This document shows positions 8,347-16,689 of a stretch of DNA of 64,000 bases, piece after piece. Within the stretch, counting starts at the first letter, position 1. Each line of letters opens with the position of its first letter. The stretch is from Bacillota bacterium. Lineage in GTDB: Bacteria > Bacillota > Clostridia > Oscillospirales > CAG-382. The notes under the pieces were generated by a model. The model was not told the origin of the DNA and searched no databases. It worked only from the letters and a program-made list of their open reading frames with translations. The position numbers were made by a program, and so were the translations under genes. The stretch spans positions 1,864 through 65,863 of the forward strand of contig JAKPGJ010000032.1 of assembly GCA_029550965.1 (NCBI GenBank), given 5' to 3'.

Positions 8347-8946
8347 CCGATGGAAACACAAGATAAAAGCTTGAGCATTTTTCTCGAATGTATCAACGAA
8401 TCTGCCAGAAAAGAGATCGACAGCATTTTTGAGCAGGCGGATGCGTTTGAGAAACAGGAGCTTGAAAAGGCAAAACAGGAAGCTGCTCAGAAAAGCTGGG
8501 AATATATAAAGTCCGAAAGCATAAAAATTAAAACCCAAACCAACCGCCGCATTTCGGAAGCCAGTATCGCGATGAAAAAGCAGCTTACGGAAAAAAGAAG
8601 AGAGATCGCGAATACGGTTTTTTCAAAGGTGTCCGAAAAGCTCGCCGCTTTTACGGCGACAGAGGGCTACCGGGATTTTCTGCTGAAAAGCGTTCAGCGG
8701 TTCGCTGAAATCTACAAAGAACTTCCCTTTACGATCATGGTAAAGGAAGCGGACCTGCAATACGGCGAATTTCTGAAAGAAAAGGTCAAAACCCTTGCCG
8801 CGGTCGAAACCGACGGCAGCATCGTCCTCGGCGGCTGCAAAGCGAAAAGTTCGGAAAGCAACATCGAGCTTGACGATACGCTCGATTCGCGGCTGGAGCA
8901 TCAGAAGAACTGGTTCTACGAAAACTCCCAGCTTATTATCAAATAA
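8347..8946 (+). CDS. ntpE: V-type ATP synthase subunit E
   Basis: The ORF track starts at 8329 (GTG). I prefer ATG 8347, which follows a GGAAAGGTG SD. It has a charged N-terminal helix plus a globular C-terminal domain, and sits just before subunit A. Confidence 0.8.
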   Translation, partial: PMETQDKSLSIFLECINESARKEIDSIFEQADAFEKQELEKAKQEAAQKSWEYIKSESIKIKTQTNRRISEASIAMKKQLTEKRREIANTVFSKVSEKLAAFTATEGYRDFLLKSVQRFAEIYKELPFTIMVKEADLQYGEFLKEKVKTLAAVETDGSIVLGGCKAKSSESNIELDDTLDSRLEHQKNWFYENSQLIIK

Positions 8947-8970
8947 TCATTTAGAAAAGGTGTCCGTTCT

Positions 8971-10731
8971 ATGCGCAATGACATAAACAGAATATATGGA
9001 ATAAACGGACCGGTCGTCACGATCAAGGGCGCTACGAATTTAGGCATGACCGAAATGGTCTATGTCGGCGAGAAGCGGCTTGTCGGAGAAGTCATTCGTC
9101 TTGACGACGAGCTCACGACCATTCAGGTTTATGAGGACACCTCCGGGCTTAAACCAGGCGAGATGGTTTATCCGACCGGCGGTCCGATGTGCGTAACGCT
9201 GGGTCCCGGCATCATCCGAAATATATACGACGGCATTCAGAACCCGCTGACGAAAACGGCGGAGATCGCGGGCGATTTTATCGCCAAAGGCATCAACGTC
9301 TCCCCTATTGACGAAGAAAAACGCTGGGACGTCGAGATTCTCGTAAAACCCGGCGACGTTCTCGCCGGCGGTTCGATTTACGCGCAGTGCGAGGAAACCC
9401 CGCTGATTATGCACCGCATTATGCTCCCGCCCAACCTGAGCGGCGAGGTGGTGGAATGCCGCCCGAGCGGTCAATACAGAATCAACGATACAATTGTGAA
9501 GATAAAAGACGGCAAGGGCAACATCGTCGACCTGACCCTCTGCCAGAAGTGGCCGATTCGAATCCCCCGCCCGATCAAGCGCCGCAAACCCATGACGATT
9601 CCGCTGATTACAGGTCAGAGAATTATAGATACCTTCTTCCCCATCGCGAAGGGCGGAACCGCCGCCATACCGGGCGGTTTCGGAACCGGCAAGACCATGA
9701 CCCAGCACCAGCTCGCGAAGTGGTGCGACGCGGATATTATTATTTACGTCGGCTGCGGCGAGCGCGGAAACGAGATGACGCAGGCGCTGGTCGAGTTTTC
9801 CGAAATCGTCGACCCGAAGTCGGGCAGGCCGCTTACCGACCGAACGGTTCTAATCGCGAATACCTCCAATATGCCGGTTGCGGCGCGCGAGGCTTCCATT
9901 TACACCGGAATCACGCTTGCCGAATATTACAGGGACATGGGCTACGATACGGCGCTGATGGCGGATTCTACGTCGCGCTGGGCGGAAGCGCTCCGCGAAA
10001 TATCCGGCCGACTTGAGGAAATGCCGGCGGAAGAGGGCTACCCCGCTTATCTTCCCTCCAGGCTTTCGCAGTTCTACGAGCGCGCCGGTTCGGTGGAAAC
10101 GCTGAACGGCAGAAGCGGTTCGATTACGGTTATCGGCGCCGTATCGCCGCAGGGAAGCGATTTTTCCGAGCCGGTAACGCAGAACACCAAGCGCTTTACC
10201 CGCTGCTTCTGGGCGCTGGACAAGAGCCTCGCTTACGCGCGCCACTACCCCGCCATCAACTGGAACGACAGCTACACGGAATACATCAACGACCTTACAG
10301 ACTGGTACCAGAATAACGTCGGCGTGGATTTCATGAAGCTGCGCAAGGAATTGATGACCATTCTGGTTGAGGAAAACAGCCTGATGGAAATTGTTCGGCT
10401 GATCGGATCGGACGTTCTGCCCGACGACCAGAAACTCACCATCGAAATCGCGCGCGTCATCCGCGTCGGATTTTTACAGCAGAACGCCATGCACGAGACC
10501 GACACGTACGTTCCGGTGCAAAAGCAGTACGGCATGATGAAGGTGATTTGTCACCTTTACCATAAATGCAAGGAAATCATCGCCCATCAGATTCCGCTGT
10601 CCAGAATAACAGCGACCGGACTGTTTGAGAAGCTGATTAAGATGAAGTATGAGGTTCCGAACGATCAACCGGAAATGCTGGACGACTATATGAAGGAAAT
10701 CGACGCGAAGACCGCCGCGTTGCTGCGATAA
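8971..10731 (+). CDS. ntpA: V-type ATP synthase catalytic subunit A
   Basis: 586 aa. Walker [10 protein letters not shown], the non-homologous insert region, and [21 protein letters not shown]. Confidence 0.98.
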   Translation: MRNDINRIYGINGPVVTIKGATNLGMTEMVYVGEKRLVGEVIRLDDELTTIQVYEDTSGLKPGEMVYPTGGPMCVTLGPGIIRNIYDGIQNPLTKTAEIAGDFIAKGINVSPIDEEKRWDVEILVKPGDVLAGGSIYAQCEETPLIMHRIMLPPNLSGEVVECRPSGQYRINDTIVKIKDGKGNIVDLTLCQKWPIRIPRPIKRRKPMTIPLITGQRIIDTFFPIAKGGTAAIPGGFGTGKTMTQHQLAKWCDADIIIYVGCGERGNEMTQALVEFSEIVDPKSGRPLTDRTVLIANTSNMPVAAREASIYTGITLAEYYRDMGYDTALMADSTSRWAEALREISGRLEEMPAEEGYPAYLPSRLSQFYERAGSVETLNGRSGSITVIGAVSPQGSDFSEPVTQNTKRFTRCFWALDKSLAYARHYPAINWNDSYTEYINDLTDWYQNNVGVDFMKLRKELMTILVEENSLMEIVRLIGSDVLPDDQKLTIEIARVIRVGFLQQNAMHETDTYVPVQKQYGMMKVICHLYHKCKEIIAHQIPLSRITATGLFEKLIKMKYEVPNDQPEMLDDYMKEIDAKTAALLR

Positions 10732-10786
10732 TTCCTGTGTGAAACCGCGGTTTCACATCTGCACTTTAGGAGGATAAATTTTAACA

Positions 10787-12190
10787 ATGATTCTCGAATA
10801 CAAGGGATTAAATCAAATAGACGGCTCGCTTGTTATCCTCGAAGGGGTCAAAAACGCCAGCTATGAAGAAATGGTTGCGCTTAGCCTTGACGACGGAACC
10901 GAGCGCGCCGGCAGAATAGTGAGAATAGACGGCGACCGCGTCGTAATTCAGGTATTTGAAGGAACGCGCGGACTGTCCATGGTCAATACGCGGACCCGTC
11001 TTACCGGTAAGCCGATGGAAATGGCGCTCTCGCCCGAAATCATCGGGAGAGTATTTGACGGTATGGGTAGGCCCATCGACGGGATGGGCGAGATTTACCC
11101 GGTCGTCAAGCGCAATATAAACGGTTCTGCGATTAATCCGGTTGCCCGTGTTTATCCGAGAAACTGCATCCTGACAGGCATTTCCTCCATTGACGCGCTC
11201 GCGACGCTGATACGCGGACAAAAGCTCCCCATCTTTTCCGGCGCCGGCATGAAGCACAACGAGCTTGCCGTCCAAATCGTCAAACAGGCGACCGTTGCCG
11301 ACAACTCCGAGTTCGCGGTCGTGTTCGCCGCCATGGGCGTCAAGAACGACGTTGCGGACTATTTCCGCCGCTCGTTTGAGGAAGCGAACGTTATGGACCG
11401 CGTCGTCATGTTTTTAAACCTTTCAAACGACCCGATTATCGAAAGAATCATTACCCCGCGCTGCGCTTTGACCGCCGCGGAATACCTTGCTTTTGATCTG
11501 AATATGAACATACTGGTCATTCTGACCGATATGACGGCGTACGCGGAAGCCTTGCGCGAGTTCAGTTCGTCCAAAGGCGAAATTCCGGGCAAAAAGGGCT
11601 ATCCGGGATATCTGTATTCCGACCTCGCCTCGATTTACGAAAGAGCGGGAATCATCAAAGGAAGTTCCGGGTCGGTCACGCAGATCCCCATTCTGACCAT
11701 GCCGAACGACGACATCACGCACCCTGTCCCCGACCTGACCGGCTTTATTACCGAAGGGCAGATTGTTTTGGATAGAGAGCTTGACTCCATCGGCATTTAC
11801 CCGCCGGTCGGAGTGCTCCCCTCGCTGTCCCGTCTGATGAAGGACGGCATCGGCAAAGGCTACACCAGAGAGGACCACGCCGCGCTTGCCAACCAGCTGT
11901 TCTCCTCGTATGCGAAGGTGCAGGACGCCAAGGCGCTCGCGTCCGTCATCGGCGAGGAAGAACTGAGCGACATTGATAAAAAGCTGGTTATGTTCGGGCG
12001 CGCGTTTGAAAAATACTTCCTCAACCAGGGCGAGAACGAAAACCGCTCGATTGAGGAAACGCTTGACCTCGGCTGGGAGCTGTTGTCCATGCTTCCGCTC
12101 GAAGCGCTCGACCGGGTAAGCAACGACATTCTTGCCGAACATTACCGAAAGAAAAAGACCAAGGCGAATATAGATTGGGATTTGAGGTGA
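10787..12190 (+). CDS. ntpB: V-type ATP synthase subunit B
   Basis: 467 aa. Shows the conserved [43 protein letters not shown] motif. Confidence 0.98.
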   Translation: MILEYKGLNQIDGSLVILEGVKNASYEEMVALSLDDGTERAGRIVRIDGDRVVIQVFEGTRGLSMVNTRTRLTGKPMEMALSPEIIGRVFDGMGRPIDGMGEIYPVVKRNINGSAINPVARVYPRNCILTGISSIDALATLIRGQKLPIFSGAGMKHNELAVQIVKQATVADNSEFAVVFAAMGVKNDVADYFRRSFEEANVMDRVVMFLNLSNDPIIERIITPRCALTAAEYLAFDLNMNILVILTDMTAYAEALREFSSSKGEIPGKKGYPGYLYSDLASIYERAGIIKGSSGSVTQIPILTMPNDDITHPVPDLTGFITEGQIVLDRELDSIGIYPPVGVLPSLSRLMKDGIGKGYTREDHAALANQLFSSYAKVQDAKALASVIGEEELSDIDKKLVMFGRAFEKYFLNQGENENRSIEETLDLGWELLSMLPLEALDRVSNDILAEHYRKKKTKANIDWDLR

Positions 12191-12197
12191 CAGCCGG

Positions 12198-12818
12198 GTG
12201 GCTTCAAAAGTAGTCCCGACCAAAAGCAACCTGCTCAACGCAAAGAAGTCCTATTCGCTCGCGGTTCTCGGTCACGACCTGATGGACCGCAAGCGCAATA
12301 TTCTTGTGCGCGAAATGATGAATTTAATCGAACAGGTCAAGGAAATACAGGCGAAGATAGACGATACCTACGCGCAGGCGTATCTTGCCCTCCAGAAGGC
12401 GAATATAACGCTTGGAATCGTTCAGGAAGCGTCGCAGGCCATTCCGATTGACGACGGCCTGAGTATCACCACGCACAGCGTAATGGGCGTAGAGCTGCCC
12501 AAAGTAACGCTTGCACAGCAGCCGATATCGCTTTATTACGGGCTTGAGTCCACAAACTCCATGCTCGACGACGCGTACCTGAAATTCGTAGAGGTAAAAA
12601 AGCTCACCGCAAAGCTCGCCGAGGTTGAAAGCAACGTATTCCGCCTGGCGGACGCGATCAAGAAATCGCAAAAACGCACCAATGCGCTCAACAACATCAT
12701 TATCCCCCGCCTGAGAAGCACCATCGCTTATATTTCCAGCGCGCTGGAGGAAAAGGAGCGCGAGGACTTCTCGAGACTAAAAGTCATCAAACAGCGAAGC
12801 AACAAAGAAGACGCATGA
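12198..12818 (+). CDS. ntpD: V-type ATP synthase subunit D (central stalk)
   Basis: 206 aa, GTG start. VVPTKSNLLNAKKSYSLAVLGHDLMDRKRNILVREMM is typical of subunit D. Confidence 0.93.
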   Translation: MASKVVPTKSNLLNAKKSYSLAVLGHDLMDRKRNILVREMMNLIEQVKEIQAKIDDTYAQAYLALQKANITLGIVQEASQAIPIDDGLSITTHSVMGVELPKVTLAQQPISLYYGLESTNSMLDDAYLKFVEVKKLTAKLAEVESNVFRLADAIKKSQKRTNALNNIIIPRLRSTIAYISSALEEKEREDFSRLKVIKQRSNKEDA

Positions 12819-12820
12819 AG

Positions 12821-12855
12821 AACAGGAGATACATTTCAATATCTCCTGTTTTTCT
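12821..12855 (+). terminator. Rho-independent terminator of the V-ATPase operon
   Basis: AACAGGAGATA-loop-TATCTCCTGTT followed by TTTTT, starting 3 nt after the ntpD stop. Confidence 0.8.
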
Positions 12856-12912
12856 ATTATCTAAGAAAATATGGTGCGTATGTTTTCCTTAAACTATATT
12901 GATTGATATATT

Positions 12913-12940
12913 TTGCCAATATTTAATTTTGTGATATAAT
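12913..12940 (+). promoter_or_regulatory. Candidate promoter of the ECF sigma gene (TTGCCA-16 nt-TATAAT)
   Basis: Hexamers are at 12913-12918 and 12935-12940. A second TATAAT lies at about 12981. Confidence 0.45.
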
Positions 12941-13016
12941 AATTTTAGCTGATTTAGTGAGATAATCTGCCCTCCCGATTGTATAATAGATGAAGCAACA
13001 CGAAAGGAGACAAATC

Positions 13017-13574
13017 ATGGATAACGGTGCAAGTAGCTACCGCCGTTTCCTTGATGGCGATGACAACGGTTTTGTAGAAATTGTCAAACTATACAAGAAC
13101 AGCTTAATATTCTTTTTGAACGGCTATGTAAACAACATCCATCAGGCCGAGGACTTAGCCGAAGAAACTTTCTTCAAACTGCTTGTCAAAAAACCTCATT
13201 ACAACGGTTCGGTTTCGTTTAAAACATGGCTTTTCACAATCGGACGCAATATCGCTTTCAATACTTTAAGGCGAAAATCAATTCTACGTTTGGTTCCGAT
13301 GGACGACTGTGAGCCGTTTCTGCAAGAGGCGGAAGATTTCGAAAAATCTTTTTTAATAGAAGAGCAAAAGATTGAGCTCAAGCGCGCGCTTGATAAGCTG
13401 AATCCGAAATACCGCGAGGCTTTAAGGCTGATATTTTTTGAAGAGTTATCAGCCGATGAAGCTGCAGTCGTGTTGCGGAAAAGCAAGCGGCAGATTGCAA
13501 ATCTTGTATATCGCGCCAAGCAAGCGTTGAAAACTGAACTTGAAAAGGAGGGCTTTGTGTATGAAAACTTATGA
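13017..13574 (+). CDS. ECF-type RNA polymerase sigma-70 family factor
   Basis: 185 aa from ATG 13017 (AAAGGAGA SD; the track starts at 12990). Region 2 is AEDLAEETFFKLL...FKTWLFTIGRNIAFNTLRR. Region 4 is YREALRLIFFEELSADEAAVVLRKSKRQIANLVYRAKQAL. Confidence 0.9.
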   Translation: MDNGASSYRRFLDGDDNGFVEIVKLYKNSLIFFLNGYVNNIHQAEDLAEETFFKLLVKKPHYNGSVSFKTWLFTIGRNIAFNTLRRKSILRLVPMDDCEPFLQEAEDFEKSFLIEEQKIELKRALDKLNPKYREALRLIFFEELSADEAAVVLRKSKRQIANLVYRAKQALKTELEKEGFVYENL

Positions 13575-14199
13575 AGAAATGGTAAATGATCTTTTTAAAA
13601 GAAGAAAAATATATTTAAAAAAACAGAAAAAGCGTAAAACCGTGATAAATACGGTTTCGTTGCTCGTGCTATGCGTTTGTCTGATATCCACCCTAACCGT
13701 TTTAGCCCTGCAAAGACAGGATCAGCCTGTGCCTGCCGGAACAACGAGCAATTTTGACGCCTTGAATAATGACAGTTCGGATAACAGCAACAGCGCTGAC
13801 TCCAGCAGACCCGATTATATGAAAGACCCGAATAATTTATATCCTGCAACAGCTTTAAAGCTCCGTGAAGATTACCTGCGCTTTTTAAAAGAAAAGCATG
13901 GACTTTCTGAAGAATATGAACTGGACAGTATCAGTGTGCAAAAATTTTTCGGCAATTACAGCGGCTGTGAGGTGGTATATATGGGTTCGCCATTGACTTA
14001 TACCGATGCAGAACGCCCTGTAGAAATTGCCGGATATACCATTGTTTTTCCAAGCGGGCAAGAAGTTTATGCGTATAAGGACTCAAAGTTTTATACCATT
14101 AAAGAAGCGTTTGATGCGGGACTTATCACGAAAGCTGATGTGTATGACATTGGAAAACAAGTTGGTGTCGGTTTTAGCGAGCAATATCCCAATCCTTAA
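13561..14199 (+). CDS. Single-pass membrane protein coupled to the ECF sigma gene (possible non-canonical anti-sigma)
   Basis: 212 aa from ATG 13561 (AAGGAGGG SD), overlapping the sigma gene by 14 nt. It has about 30 basic cytoplasmic residues, one TM helix (VSLLVLCVCLISTLTVLAL), an S/D/N-rich linker and an extracytoplasmic domain. There is no HxxxCxxC motif. Confidence 0.6.
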   Translation: MKTYEEMVNDLFKRRKIYLKKQKKRKTVINTVSLLVLCVCLISTLTVLALQRQDQPVPAGTTSNFDALNNDSSDNSNSADSSRPDYMKDPNNLYPATALKLREDYLRFLKEKHGLSEEYELDSISVQKFFGNYSGCEVVYMGSPLTYTDAERPVEIAGYTIVFPSGQEVYAYKDSKFYTIKEAFDAGLITKADVYDIGKQVGVGFSEQYPNP

Positions 14200-14220
14200 T
14201 CAATAAAGTAAACATTAAAA

Positions 14221-14259
14221 AGGCTCATTCCTGTGTATTAGGAATGAGCCTTTTTTTTA
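14221..14259 (+). terminator. Rho-independent terminator
   Basis: A perfect 12-bp stem AGGCTCATTCCT / AGGAATGAGCCT followed by T8. Confidence 0.9.
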
Positions 14260-14484
14260 TAGTAATTATTTAAACAGTCCAAGACGTCGACAAAGACTCT
14301 CATATTTACTCAATAAAACTGCAAATTTCATAAAAAACGTTGCTGAAAACATAGTGACTTTTTGTTTTTTATCTTTATTCTATAAATGAATTACATTTAA
14401 TGCGGGTTTAGAAATATAAATTTAATATTTCGTCAAAACCTGCAATTTAACTGTTCAAAAAAATATAAAAAGGAGGAAAAAATC

Positions 14485-16542
14485 ATGCTGAAAAAGCGAT
14501 TCAAAATCAAACTGTATAGGCTGATTGCCTTGACAGTTGCGTTGAGCACACTGTTTATGTTTTCTGCGACAGCGCAGGACATTCAGGAAAACGATGCATG
14601 GAAAGAAAAAATCAGCTCGGAGCTTTGGGAAGTTATGGCGGAGAAGTCCGACAATGATTTAATTCCCGTTTATCTTTGGTTGAAAGATATTGATCAAAAA
14701 GTCATTACGAATGCGCTGATTCAAGAAAAAGGAATGAACCCGGCAATTTATGAAGACCAAAAACGATTTGAGGAAGAAATCGTGCCTCAGATCGAAGCGG
14801 AAATAGTTGCGCGGGTTGGCTACGAGGAAGCGCACTATGTTGAGCCTCCGAAGCAACTGGAAACCGCAGACGAATTGGTCAAAACCGGCGAGGTAGTTGC
14901 AGCAGAATCGAAAGAAGCAATTGACGATGTAAATCAGCAGAGCGTAAAAGCTGCAAAAGACGAGGTTTTGCTTGACCGCAATATTTCGCTTGTGGACAGA
15001 GCCGTCAGTGGAAAAGTAAATGAATATATGATGGCAAAACGTGAAATCACCAAGCGCGAATATTCTGCTGTAAATGACAAGTTTATCAAAAATAATGTAG
15101 AAAGCAAGCAGCGGAAGGTTCTCTACAACAGTAAATACACATCTACGCTGGTCGTTGAGGCTACCAAAGCCGAAATTAAAGAGTATGCCTTGATGGATTT
15201 GGTGGAAGAGATTTCATTGTATGTAGAGTTAGTCCAAGAACCTGCCCTGAATATATCGTTGGGACAGGTTGGTGCTGACAGTTCCACCGGAACAAAAAGC
15301 AGTTTATTCAATAGTGGTTATGGTTATCGAGGAACCGGTGTAAAAATCGGTATAATTGAAGCCGGCGGCGGTCGTTTTGACAGCAATGCATCTCAGCTGA
15401 GAACAATCAGCAAATCTCGCTTAATATACTCAAACGATGCTGGAGAAAATGGTAACCCGATAGAAGACGAAATTAGTGACCACGCTACGATGGTTACAAG
15501 TATTATCGTCGGTCAATCCGTGACTGTAAACGGCAGAGCATATGAGGGTATTGTACCTTTGGCTACAGTTTACCAAACACCAATTATATACTCCTCAGAT
15601 GTACTTAGAGCCATTCAAAAACTTGCCGATAAAGGTGTTACTGTAATAAATTACAGTGGCGGCAGTGATAGAGGACCTGTTTACGATAATTATGATAAAG
15701 AAGTTGATCGATTAATAGCGAATACAGGGGTTACTTTTGTTAATTCTGCAGGAAATACTTCTGATAATATTACCAGTCCCGGTAAAGCTCTTAACGCTAT
15801 AACGGTCGGAAACGCCGCAACAAAATCATCTTCAACCACAGCAAATTCTTCTCCGTATAACATGAGCGGAAGTTCATCTTATAAGGAAGCAGATTATTTG
15901 CCAAACAAGCCGGATATTACCGCTCCGGGGACAAATATCAGTTATGTTAAAAGCGAAGGTACGATTCAAACAAAGTCCGGTACCAGTTTTGCCGCCCCCC
16001 ACGTCACCGGTGTTGTCGCTCAAATGATGCAAGTGAATCCAGCTCTAAAAACCAGTCCGACATTGGTAAAATCTAATTTGCTGCTTGGCGCGAGAAGCGA
16101 TCAGATTACCACAATAAACAATCCTACTGCCGATAACAGTTATTTAAGAGAGAAAAGCGGCGCAGGACTTGTTAACGCAATCAATGCTGTAAATGCTGCT
16201 TTCAGTTATAACTCCGCTACGTTTTATATCAATTCTCTGATGCCGAAGACACTGTTAAATCAGTTTATTTACGCAGGTCAGAAAATCCGGATAGTAATGG
16301 CATTTGACAAGGTACATACCGGTTACATAAATTCTGAAAATGATTTGGATAACATTGATATTTTAATCTTAGATTCAAAAACAGCACTTTACGTTACAGC
16401 ATCGATATCATTGCGTAATAACGTTGAAATCATCGAATACACTTTTACGAAAAGCAGCTTTTATTCAATTAGGGTTTCTCCTGGTAGAATAATAGACACC
16501 AGTAAATACTTGCATGCGTCTGTCAGCTGGGAATTGACTTAA
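14485..16542 (+). CDS. Secreted S8 (subtilisin-like) serine peptidase with Glu at the catalytic Asp position
   Basis: 685 aa, AAGGAGG SD, signal peptide MLKKRFKIKLYRLIALTVALSTLFMFSATAQD. Motifs: GVKIGIIEAGG (E292 where D is expected), SDHATMV (H333), NSAGN, and SGTSFAAPHVTG (S501). Confidence 0.85.
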   Translation: MLKKRFKIKLYRLIALTVALSTLFMFSATAQDIQENDAWKEKISSELWEVMAEKSDNDLIPVYLWLKDIDQKVITNALIQEKGMNPAIYEDQKRFEEEIVPQIEAEIVARVGYEEAHYVEPPKQLETADELVKTGEVVAAESKEAIDDVNQQSVKAAKDEVLLDRNISLVDRAVSGKVNEYMMAKREITKREYSAVNDKFIKNNVESKQRKVLYNSKYTSTLVVEATKAEIKEYALMDLVEEISLYVELVQEPALNISLGQVGADSSTGTKSSLFNSGYGYRGTGVKIGIIEAGGGRFDSNASQLRTISKSRLIYSNDAGENGNPIEDEISDHATMVTSIIVGQSVTVNGRAYEGIVPLATVYQTPIIYSSDVLRAIQKLADKGVTVINYSGGSDRGPVYDNYDKEVDRLIANTGVTFVNSAGNTSDNITSPGKALNAITVGNAATKSSSTTANSSPYNMSGSSSYKEADYLPNKPDITAPGTNISYVKSEGTIQTKSGTSFAAPHVTGVVAQMMQVNPALKTSPTLVKSNLLLGARSDQITTINNPTADNSYLREKSGAGLVNAINAVNAAFSYNSATFYINSLMPKTLLNQFIYAGQKIRIVMAFDKVHTGYINSENDLDNIDILILDSKTALYVTASISLRNNVEIIEYTFTKSSFYSIRVSPGRIIDTSKYLHASVSWELT

Positions 16543-16650
16543 AGGCAAATGTGAGTATTGATTTTCATCGGGTCTCCGGTGCCACTCATTATCATTCTAA
16601 TCGGTTTAAGCGACAAGTTTTTTCCACTTTCATTACCTCTCATAATTTCA

Positions 16651-16687
16651 AAAAAAGGCTCCCGTTTACGGAAGCCTTTTTTTGTTC
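16651..16687. terminator. Bidirectional terminator between the convergent S8 and lipoprotein genes
   Basis: A7-GGCTCCCG-TTTA-CGGAAGCC-T7. The stem has one mismatch and is flanked by A and T runs. Confidence 0.65.
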
Positions 16688-16689
16688 TC

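Noticed and set aside
8971-10731. Intein or insertion in V-ATPase subunit A
   Set aside because: At 586 aa it is the normal size for bacterial V-type A subunits. The sequence is continuous through the Walker motifs and has no splicing-junction motifs.
12990-13016. Upstream ATG (12990) as the ECF sigma start
   Set aside because: The AAAGGAGA SD lies inside that extension, 6 nt before ATG 13017. The extra residues MKQHERRQI have no counterpart in sigma region 2.
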